A DNA stretch of 64,000 nt from Euryarchaeota archaeon UBA443 (GTDB lineage Archaea > Thermoplasmatota > Poseidoniia > Poseidoniales > Poseidoniaceae): the NCBI GenBank assembly GCA_002499195.1, contig DAKS01000018.1, forward strand, positions 24,905 through 88,904. The letters run 5' to 3'. Both the position numbers and the translations under genes were made by a program. Every line of letters begins with the position of its first letter. Position 1 is the stretch's first letter. The notes beneath the pieces are model-generated. The model was given only the letters and a program-made list of their open reading frames with translations, had not been told where the DNA came from and did not search any database. This document shows, in pieces, positions 11,301-18,747 of this stretch.

Positions 11301-11446
11301 TAACTTTGGAGAAATTTGGAATTGGCGTTGTTGGTGGCCCCTCTGCTATGTCAAGACGTCTTGGCCTTGGTAAAATGAAAGCAGATCATCCTGATGCCCT
11401 CGAAGCGGTTCTTGTTGTTGATTCTAAGAATAAAGAAGCGTGGTGA
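8384..11446 (+). CDS. RND-superfamily exporter (MMPL/HAE3-like), 12-TM with two large extracytoplasmic loops
   Basis: Two homologous TM bundles, each preceded by a large hydrophilic loop. Both bundles carry a post-TM motif (GLHITNRYAEE and SIHIANRIRE). Start set at the ATG (MSDDVED) 15 nt inside the GTG-initiated ORF. Confidence 0.7.
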   Translation: MSDDVEDQTSSSNGDEVGRIQAIADYGRNKMRVASVDISARVRDFNAKKAVDAVLDAPKRLKREWQKSGATGVITRFPIATVALFLMITLYFVTTSGFLDDTRFDNDPNEPALNVNGDMEVYLPDGSEVKELIGKVEEDWTTNVMVIYIESDKNNITDQRILQEISYVEKNINPYVSDNESDDVIYILSISTVLKEINSSLPRVRDAFITELGQQCPSFQEVCENFAANVNTALSAGDDQFAGGYEIPSQTTIDLIIGEMYENDGSPTPGLDKLARNTNACSGQPGVDDADDNGCFAGEDLKLDRAIMAVAVVDTVEAKDIIKATQERLDNISIEQRPCEFDQNGNPANADRCTWEDLGLKMTLTGPVPITNSVTEFSFRLFWEIFPMAVVLVALGLFVFHSDLLQAGISGIRPIQGIKVVIIAGLPTLCAVFWTLGIIGASNFEVTMTVIIVGPILLALGVSYGLHITNRYAEEEGSRSEKMKASMQSTGRAVFLSAVTTVIGFISLIFTPMAPIQTVGIALSGGIVIVYILTMFMVPNLTLILDLRKPKHPPLKVFDAAVDVPVKRNTSVIAFFLILVLVSATLGQSNVEENIDLLGMAPEGEQPVIKMKQYSREFNAGQIGMILVHANVSGDVTDNDPTNDDPAQNLKIIDGLERNINTIDDASAVSVVFLMKATGLAPTLSSQPILEQIQELPGYEFLPEDVRDTFEVLLNQQVTQGATFWDLLTTPEEFGLPGSTQSQIFLLDVFYSSLTKEMREIFINSDYDRTLIYIDMPFIPVADTAVAVEQINEYSEGFQGTHQERAEKLTGVAATAIEVNKLIVDSQWTSLGFAIILTLIVLAVVFRDIRYSLLTTSPVIATVALQWLVMWQMDVPLSLVTVMIGSILVGVGVDFSIHIANRIRELGGGIEAIRSAAVGTGMSLFEAAVVTSLGMFTAYQIPIPEIKPFVTVILILLWVAAASALFLLPAIFVTLEKFGIGVVGGPSAMSRRLGLGKMKADHPDALEAVLVVDSKNKEAW

Positions 11447-11487
11447 AGGCAAGCAAAGGGATAAGACCTGTACTCCCATGAGGGAAC

Positions 11488-11964
11488 ATGGTCAAGTATT
11501 GGTTGATGAAATCGGAACTAGATGTTTATCCATATTCACAACTTGTCGCTGATGGGAAGACCCACTGGGACGGTGTTCGCAACTATCAGGCAAGAAATAT
11601 GATGCGTGATGAAATGAAGGTTGGCGATCTAATTCTCTATTATCACTCAAATTGTAAGCCACCACATGTGGCGGGAATTGCCAAGGTTTGTCGAGAAGGA
11701 TATGGTGATTTTACTTCTTGGGATTCCTCATCAAAATACTTTGATGAGAAATCGACACCGGACAACCCACGATGGTTCATGGTAGATATCGAACCTATTT
11801 GTGAACTTGAAACGACGGTTGCATTAAACGCTGTTCGAGAGGAAGGGGCTCTTTCTGATATGTTGTTGATTCGTCGTGGTCAACGACTTTCTATTCAACC
11901 CGTGCAAGAAAATGAATTCAAGCACATTTGCCAGATGGGTGGTGTCAATTTCTCTCAACTTTAG
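11488..11964 (+). CDS. EVE (PUA-like, thymocyte nuclear protein 1-like) domain protein
   Basis: YWLMKSE...WDGVRNYQARNMMRDEMKVGDLILYYHSN...PHVAGIAKV is the characteristic EVE-domain signature. About 158 aa, stand-alone. Confidence 0.8.
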   Translation: MVKYWLMKSELDVYPYSQLVADGKTHWDGVRNYQARNMMRDEMKVGDLILYYHSNCKPPHVAGIAKVCREGYGDFTSWDSSSKYFDEKSTPDNPRWFMVDIEPICELETTVALNAVREEGALSDMLLIRRGQRLSIQPVQENEFKHICQMGGVNFSQL

Positions 11965-11975
11965 TGGTGCCATTC

Positions 11976-13187
11976 ATGCGAGAGATAAATGCAACAAAAC
12001 GTTCGCTCAACATTGAGTATGCAATACGTGATGTTGTTGTTCCTGCTACAGAACTTGAGGCACAAGGTCATTCGATTATCAAACTCAACATTGGAGATCC
12101 GATTGCATACCCCGGTCTCCCCACACCTCCTCACATGGTTGAAGCATTTGTAAATGCACTGAATGATGGCCGAAATGGATACTCTCCGTCTTATGGTTTA
12201 CCAGAACTTCGTAAGGCAATTGCAAACGATGAGGTTCGAAAGGGTTGGGCTGCTTCTCCAAGCGATGTTTACGTATGTCATGGAGTAACCGAAGCTTTAC
12301 AGATTCTATTTCAAGCCACATTGGAGGAAGGAGATCAAGTCCTTGCACCAGGTCCGCATTATCCACCCTACATGGCTTATCCACAGATGTATGGGGCTGA
12401 AACAATCGAATATCGCCTCAACTCCCGCAATGCTTGGTCGCTCGATTTTGAGGATATTGAAGAAAAAATGAATGAACATGTTCGCTTATTTGTTTTAATC
12501 AATCCTAACAATCCAACAGGGGCAGTGATTGGAAAGGAGGAAATTGATCGATTGTTGAGCATTCTCGAGGCATGGCCAAATTGTATTCTTGTCGCCGATG
12601 AAATCTATGATGGGCTTGATTTTTCGAATCGCCAGGTCAGTGCTGCGAGCCGGTCCAATTCAATTCCAGTTGTAACGATGAACGGTGTTTCAAAGGTATA
12701 CTACGCACCAGGATGGAGGATTGGATATATGGCTCTTCACGATCCGCAATCGGCCATTGCATCTGTTCGTGACGGAATCGAACGTATTCTCCGTTCACGA
12801 TTATGTGCTTCAACACCAGCTCAACTTGGATTTTTAGCAGGCCTTGAACAGGACCGATCATGGATGGAATCATATTCTAACACGGTCAAACAACGTCGAG
12901 ATGTATGTTTGGACCGTATTGCAGGTATTCAAGGGCTTGAAGTCGAAGCACCTCAAGGGGCATTCTACATGTTTGTACGATTAACCGATGAACAGTGGAA
13001 AGAGAACGATAAGGAATTTGTCTTGAACCTGCTTCATGAAGAACATGTTCTCCTCGTGCACGGTTCGGGATTCAGTAAGGACAAGGGCAAGGGGCATGTT
13101 CGTCTTGTTTTCCTACCTGATGTTCCAACGTTACATACAGCATTTGACCGAATTGATTCATTCCTGCAAAGACATCGTAAGGTCTGA
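11976..13187 (+). CDS. Class I/II PLP-dependent aminotransferase (aspartate/alanine aminotransferase-like)
   Basis: NPNNPTGAV, ADEIYD and the PLP-lysine region NGVSKVYYAPGWRIGY. Start moved to the ATG at 11976 (MREINAT) to avoid overlap with the EVE gene. Confidence 0.85.
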   Translation: MREINATKRSLNIEYAIRDVVVPATELEAQGHSIIKLNIGDPIAYPGLPTPPHMVEAFVNALNDGRNGYSPSYGLPELRKAIANDEVRKGWAASPSDVYVCHGVTEALQILFQATLEEGDQVLAPGPHYPPYMAYPQMYGAETIEYRLNSRNAWSLDFEDIEEKMNEHVRLFVLINPNNPTGAVIGKEEIDRLLSILEAWPNCILVADEIYDGLDFSNRQVSAASRSNSIPVVTMNGVSKVYYAPGWRIGYMALHDPQSAIASVRDGIERILRSRLCASTPAQLGFLAGLEQDRSWMESYSNTVKQRRDVCLDRIAGIQGLEVEAPQGAFYMFVRLTDEQWKENDKEFVLNLLHEEHVLLVHGSGFSKDKGKGHVRLVFLPDVPTLHTAFDRIDSFLQRHRKV

Positions 13188-13233
13188 TGTATGGCGGCGA
13201 AGTATTCATCATGAATAATCTCGACCCTGTTTC

Positions 13234-16200
13234 ATGCGGAAGTCCCTTGTCGCGTTGCTACTCGTAGTGACAGCCCTTCTTCCACAGGCCTCAGCATCTT
13301 CGATTGCGAAGCCTACTGATTTCGATGTCGTCTATCTATACCCTCTTTTGCTTGCTATTTTCATTGCAGCACTTCTTTGGAAATTCTTTGTTCCCCGTCA
13401 ACTTTCAGCGCTTCAAGTTGCGTTTGAGATCGATGACAATTTGTACGAAGTTCATCGATTAACAAGAACTGTTGATGATGCTCGAGAAATTCTACAGCAG
13501 GGGCGTGTAGCGTTCGGTGTTGGATTGTATATGATGGGTATGCTGGGAGTTTTACTTCTGATTGCCGAACTCTTATTCCAGCCTGATACTTATTTCGAAC
13601 CAAATTTATGGATTATTGGTTTGTTTGTCTTGCTTCCCATTCTGATATCGCCATGGGAAACTATGAATGCACAATTAGCGAGGAAAGGTGATACAAGGAT
13701 TGGTGCAACCACTATAGGAACAGGAATCCGGCGTATTCTCACACTGAGCATACTTGTTGCTTCAACAATCATTGTACTCATTTATGGAATGAATCAAAAC
13801 GATGGTAAAATTACTCCGGTTTGGCTTGCAATCACAATGCTGGTGTTCATGGCGCCTACCATTCTTGCTTATGGGCGAATCATGGGTGCATCATGGAACA
13901 TGTTGCTTCTGAATAAGTGGAGAACTGCAAATGGTCGCAGGAATCCAATCGATCCCGATAAGCCATCTTTTGTTAATCGATTGTTTTCACTCCTTCTCAT
14001 CCTTTTCCTCATCACAATGCCCGTAACTGCACTCAACGGAATTGTCACTGTATTTCATGTGCTTTATAATAATCCAGATAATTCTGAAGACATCCTCAAC
14101 TTCGGTGGAATCATTGGCCATTCCATTTACGAACGAATTGACCTCATTTCTGAATTCTTATTCCACTGGGAATTCATCAAATCATTGCCTCAATTTTTGT
14201 CGTTGTATCTATCATTGAATATTGCAATCGTTGGATTGGCCTTTATTTTTGAATTGACACGGAACCTTATTCTTGGTGGTCAGACCTTTGGTGGAATGTT
14301 TGGGGTTACGTTGGATACACCTCGTGAAATTCGCACAGAAGAAGATGCTCAAGGGCGTCAAATCGCATTTGCATTTGCAGGATTCTCTGGCTATACAGTT
14401 CTGCTTCTGATTCTCGTCTGTTACAAAGAATTTGGAGATTTGATGCCATTCACATCTAATCTTGAAAATCAAGGATTCAACGAAGAAATGCGATTGTTGT
14501 CCACTTGGATGTTCATCGCCGTTGGTAACGCGGTTTTCCTATTCACTTGGCTTTTATCGATATCTCGGCTTTCACCACTTCGTCAGATTCGTTTTGATTT
14601 GGATCCGGAGGAACGTCGCGAAGGTGCTGTAATGTTGGCAGGTGGCGATTGGATGCGTGAATACATTGACAATGCAGCTTTACAAGAGGATCTTGATGGA
14701 TTAATTCGGTTCCAAAAACAATCTATTGAAGGCGATCAATCCCTTGTGCGTCATGAGAAAGCACGTGCGAAAATGTGGGAATGTGCAATTCGTGGCTTAT
14801 GGCCAAAATCCATTGAAGAAGCCAAGAAAGTTCTAGCTCAATCCGGTGGAGACGACGATGAAGCAAGAATGTTGATCGCTACAGGTTACATTGCCACTCG
14901 TCGCCTCGACGCTGCACGTGGTGCTTTGCGAGGTCTGCAACAACCAGAAGGCTATGATGAGCCTGAACTTCTTACATTCATTTGTGAATGGCTTGATCCA
15001 TGGCACGGCAGTGTTGACGAGGATGATTTGTGGGATTGGGAAAATAACTCTACTATTGACCATCTCAATGAGAAAATGAGAATGTTGCGATATTGGGCAC
15101 CTTCCTTTTCGAAGGAAGCAATACAACACAAAGATCGAATATCTCTTGTTTCTAATATCTCTAACGTAGCAACTTTGCGCATGCAACGTCGGCATGAGGA
15201 TGCATTAGAATTAGCACTTGAATCGGTGAAACAAGATCCACTTGGCGTTCGTCCGAGAATTGCCGCATCTTTGTGTTTACTCGATCGTGGAGATTGGCAT
15301 CAGGCCCTTTCAATATTCAAGGAACTTCGTGAAAGCGATGTCAATGACCCGAGAGTCAAAGCATTGTCCGTCATACTCGGACATGAGGCTGCTGCAGAAG
15401 ATATCGAAGTTTCTCTTGTTCTTGAAAAGGGCAAATCACTTCGCCGTTGGTTGGATGATGCACCAGTTAACCCGGTTGCAGGTTTGGCTACAAAAGGTGG
15501 AATTGATGAAGCCATTAATGCCAATGTCATGATTGTCAATCATGAAGCTGTTAGACGTGGTATGACTCCACGCTATTCACCTTCATTATTCTCTCGAATC
15601 GTTCATTTTGTTCTATTCCCGATGATTTTTATCGTTGTTGGAATTGGATTGGATTCTATCTATGGTGCAGCAGAGGGTACTGTGGCTACAATCTCCCTGT
15701 TCGTATTACAGTTAGGACTCTATCGATTTAATCGTCAACAGCGAAAACAAATCAAGCATCGTGATCAACGTTCATTGATTCAGTATGCTAAGATGATGAA
15801 ACGCTCGAAGGTTAAGCCAAGCAGAGAAAATATCCCGGTGGGGACCCATCTTCTGCTCTCGGGTATCCTTGTGACCGTCAACGGTGTTGTTCTCGATATC
15901 GGCCTACCAGGTTGGCTAACCGAACGATTGCCAAAGGATTCGGATAAAACTATTCGTTCGAGACTAAAGCGCAGTGCTCTCTCCATTTCAAAAAATCGTC
16001 CTGGTAAACTTTCGATTCTATCATCTGGATGGTGGTTGAAGCGACCGAAAGAAGAAGATGCTGATATGCCGGCTCTTGAGCGATTGATCGGACCTGTTGC
16101 TTATCGAGGGCGACAGGCCATGGTTCAGAAGAAAACAACGAGCCTCAATAGATCGACGAGTATAGGTCCAAGTAAGACTCGAGTATCGGATATGAATCTC

Positions 16201-16281
16201 TCAGAACGCAATGTTCCGACCCATACAATAGCAAGTGAGCGCTCGAACTATTCAGGGCCAAGACGACCAGGTAGGCGCTAA
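13234..16281 (+). CDS. Large polytopic membrane protein with central TPR-like soluble region, function unknown
   Basis: 1015-aa ORF with a signal-like N-terminus (LLLVVTALLPQASA) and about 10 hydrophobic helices. A helical-repeat region of about 330 aa (e.g. HEDALELALESVKQDPLGVRPRIAASLCLLDRGDWHQALSIFKEL) is followed by more TM helices and a Lys/Arg/Ser-rich tail. Confidence 0.45.
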   Translation: MRKSLVALLLVVTALLPQASASSIAKPTDFDVVYLYPLLLAIFIAALLWKFFVPRQLSALQVAFEIDDNLYEVHRLTRTVDDAREILQQGRVAFGVGLYMMGMLGVLLLIAELLFQPDTYFEPNLWIIGLFVLLPILISPWETMNAQLARKGDTRIGATTIGTGIRRILTLSILVASTIIVLIYGMNQNDGKITPVWLAITMLVFMAPTILAYGRIMGASWNMLLLNKWRTANGRRNPIDPDKPSFVNRLFSLLLILFLITMPVTALNGIVTVFHVLYNNPDNSEDILNFGGIIGHSIYERIDLISEFLFHWEFIKSLPQFLSLYLSLNIAIVGLAFIFELTRNLILGGQTFGGMFGVTLDTPREIRTEEDAQGRQIAFAFAGFSGYTVLLLILVCYKEFGDLMPFTSNLENQGFNEEMRLLSTWMFIAVGNAVFLFTWLLSISRLSPLRQIRFDLDPEERREGAVMLAGGDWMREYIDNAALQEDLDGLIRFQKQSIEGDQSLVRHEKARAKMWECAIRGLWPKSIEEAKKVLAQSGGDDDEARMLIATGYIATRRLDAARGALRGLQQPEGYDEPELLTFICEWLDPWHGSVDEDDLWDWENNSTIDHLNEKMRMLRYWAPSFSKEAIQHKDRISLVSNISNVATLRMQRRHEDALELALESVKQDPLGVRPRIAASLCLLDRGDWHQALSIFKELRESDVNDPRVKALSVILGHEAAAEDIEVSLVLEKGKSLRRWLDDAPVNPVAGLATKGGIDEAINANVMIVNHEAVRRGMTPRYSPSLFSRIVHFVLFPMIFIVVGIGLDSIYGAAEGTVATISLFVLQLGLYRFNRQQRKQIKHRDQRSLIQYAKMMKRSKVKPSRENIPVGTHLLLSGILVTVNGVVLDIGLPGWLTERLPKDSDKTIRSRLKRSALSISKNRPGKLSILSSGWWLKRPKEEDADMPALERLIGPVAYRGRQAMVQKKTTSLNRSTSIGPSKTRVSDMNLSERNVPTHTIASERSNYSGPRRPGRR

Positions 16282-16334
16282 AACCGAGCAGGTCTGTTCA
16301 TAGACTTCATGAACCTCTTTGATATGGTCCAAAT

Positions 16335-17627
16335 ATGACCAATCGCTCTCCTCGTGAATCAGTCAATGCGGTTCTTACAGCATCCATGCAAAGTACAAGA
16401 TTGTATGGCCATGGACTTGGAATGATCGCTTCAGAGAACATCATCTCTCCGAATGTAAAACGGGCCATAAATTCCGATCTTCATGGCCGATATGCGGAAG
16501 GATTACCGGGGAAACGCTACTATCAAGGATGTGATGATTTTGATACCATTGAAGACATAGGAATTGATCTTGCAAAGAAAGTTTTTCAGGCTAATTTTGC
16601 GAACATCCAATCAACGTCAGGTACTGTATCTAACATTGGTGCATTGAAGGCACTAGCCAAACCAGGCGATTCTATAACTGCAGTTTCTACTGCTGATGGA
16701 GGCCACATCTCCCATGCACGGATGGGAGCTGTTGGACTTCGCGACCTCAATGTATCGACTTATCCTTGGGATGAGGATCGAATGGAGCCTGATATCGATG
16801 CATCTTGTGCACTGATTCGAGAGGTTAAACCGAAAATTACACTCGTCGGTCAATCTGTATTTCTTTTTCCAACACCGTTGAAAGAATTAGCAGATGCTGC
16901 ACATGAAGTGGGATCGACCGTCATGTACGATGGAGCACATGTTCTCGGCCTTATTGCAGGAGGGGTGTTCCAAGATCCTCTTCGAGAAGGTGCTGATGTA
17001 ATGACCGGTTCATCGCACAAGACATTCCCTGGACCTCAAGGAGGATTTTTGCTATCTTCAAGCGAAGATGAGACCTTTCAACGACGTTTGAACAATGCCA
17101 TGTTCCCTGGTGTTTGTTCGTCTTACCACTTGCATCATGTCGCAGGAAAGGTTGTTGCACTGGCCGAGTTCGAGGCTTTTGGTCAAGCCTATGCTAGCGA
17201 TATCGTACGAAATGCAAAGGTATTTGCGGAATCGTTAGCATCTGAAGGCTTCGATGTTTTAGCTGAATCTCGCGGTTATACAGCATCTCATCAGGTCCTA
17301 ACTAGACATGGTAGTGTTGATTCAGGTGCGGGTGCAATTGCAGCCCAGAGATTAGAGGATGCTGGCATTATTACCAACATGAACATGCTTCCTGGAGATA
17401 CAAAGGCAATGACTCCTTCAGGTCTGAGACTGGGTGTTCAGGAACTAACCCGCGTTGGCATGGGGGTAACCGAGATGTCCGAGGTCGCTTCACTTTATGC
17501 ACGAGTACTGATTCATGATGAAGATCCAAAACTCGTTCGCGATGATGTGCAGCATTTGAAATCTGATTTCCAGCATGTACAGTATTGCTTCGATTCTGAA
17601 TCCATACCTGCTTACGAAGGGATGTGA
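16335..17627 (+). CDS. glyA: Serine hydroxymethyltransferase
   Basis: MIASENIISPNV...HGRYAEGLPGKRYYQGC and the PLP-lysine motif TGSSHKTFPGPQGG. Confidence 0.92.
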   Translation: MTNRSPRESVNAVLTASMQSTRLYGHGLGMIASENIISPNVKRAINSDLHGRYAEGLPGKRYYQGCDDFDTIEDIGIDLAKKVFQANFANIQSTSGTVSNIGALKALAKPGDSITAVSTADGGHISHARMGAVGLRDLNVSTYPWDEDRMEPDIDASCALIREVKPKITLVGQSVFLFPTPLKELADAAHEVGSTVMYDGAHVLGLIAGGVFQDPLREGADVMTGSSHKTFPGPQGGFLLSSSEDETFQRRLNNAMFPGVCSSYHLHHVAGKVVALAEFEAFGQAYASDIVRNAKVFAESLASEGFDVLAESRGYTASHQVLTRHGSVDSGAGAIAAQRLEDAGIITNMNMLPGDTKAMTPSGLRLGVQELTRVGMGVTEMSEVASLYARVLIHDEDPKLVRDDVQHLKSDFQHVQYCFDSESIPAYEGM

Positions 17628-18649
17628 AGTATATCGAGTCAGGATTTAGCTTGGAAGCATTTCCTGGGCTTGGTCTTCTACACCACCCTCGACTTGGGGA
17701 GGTAATCATTTGGCGTCAGCATGAATTTCATACGTGGTGGAATCTCTATGAATCATTGATGCAACATCCTCTGAGCAGAACGTTTGTCAATGCATTTGTT
17801 GATTCACTTGAAATCAATCATACATTGACTCCTACTCGAGGGTTGTTTCGAAAGAAAAAGTTTCACATTGAAATGAATCTAATGTCGTCGCTCTTAGGTT
17901 GGGGTCGTGTTGAATTTGATGAACGGCGGGTGATTCAAGGTGCTCATTCTTTACTCTCAGTGGCTTTAGGCCAGTATGCGATTGAAACATTTGATCAACA
18001 TCGCTACAAGGTACGATGGCTCGAACCCAGCTCTCAAACTGTGCAACTTGAGTTGGAGAGGACTACAGATTTGCCTCCGCCACAACCTCACAATCCATTC
18101 CTATGGTCGAGGAAATCTGTTTCTTCAAAATCAATACATTCACAAATGGTAATCGAAGATCATGAGGGGTGCGAATTGCGGGTCGAAGGAGAGCGCGTGG
18201 TTCTAATCCCAATTATGGCATTGGAAAGATTTCTCTCTGCGTGCCTACCTTACGCTCCAGAATCTAATGATGAGTGGTTTCATCACCAAATTGAATCATT
18301 TTCAGCGTTTGAGAATCTTTTCAAGACCACAATAAAATCAATAGCAGCCATGTTCCTAAAGAGTGAGCAACCAGTTTACATCATCGACCGCTCAAGTTGG
18401 GATTCTTACATTGAACATTATCTGATCGAACGTGGTTGGGGCGCCATTGAAATCATGGAATATGATGCTTCTTCATTTGAACTCAATTGTTCAATCCAAT
18501 CTGGAGCAAGCTTTCCATTCACACTTGGTATGATATGTGGAATGTGGGAACGTGCTCATGGTCGAGCATATCGCATAAACCTTCGACAAAAAGATACTAC
18601 CTTTCTCATTAAAATCGAATCATTTCTTGAGTATCAAAATCATGAATAG
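17624..18649 (+). CDS. Hypothetical protein with two V4R-like (4-vinyl-reductase-type) modules
   Basis: GTG start overlaps the glyA stop (ATGTGA). Two internally similar segments, LLGWGRVEFDERRVIQGAHS..LGQYAIE and ERGWGAIEIMEYDASSFELNCSIQSG..FTLGMICGMWERAHG, match the GWG...C..G..G pattern of V4R domains. This is pattern-level evidence only. Confidence 0.4.
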   Translation: MKYIESGFSLEAFPGLGLLHHPRLGEVIIWRQHEFHTWWNLYESLMQHPLSRTFVNAFVDSLEINHTLTPTRGLFRKKKFHIEMNLMSSLLGWGRVEFDERRVIQGAHSLLSVALGQYAIETFDQHRYKVRWLEPSSQTVQLELERTTDLPPPQPHNPFLWSRKSVSSKSIHSQMVIEDHEGCELRVEGERVVLIPIMALERFLSACLPYAPESNDEWFHHQIESFSAFENLFKTTIKSIAAMFLKSEQPVYIIDRSSWDSYIEHYLIERGWGAIEIMEYDASSFELNCSIQSGASFPFTLGMICGMWERAHGRAYRINLRQKDTTFLIKIESFLEYQNHE

Positions 18650-18747
18650 TACTGCATTTTGAAATTCAAAATTTGAGCAAACAGGGTCAAGGTTCATAAC
18701 CGAACCATGTCGTCGCAAGGATAGTCAAGACGCGGAGGCTACATCCT

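Noticed and set aside
11488-11964. EVE domain protein as part of a modified-DNA-sensing defence system
   Set aside because: It is a stand-alone ~158-aa EVE domain with no fused or adjacent nuclease, ATPase or methyltransferase. It is flanked by a transporter and an aminotransferase, so it looks like the common housekeeping form.
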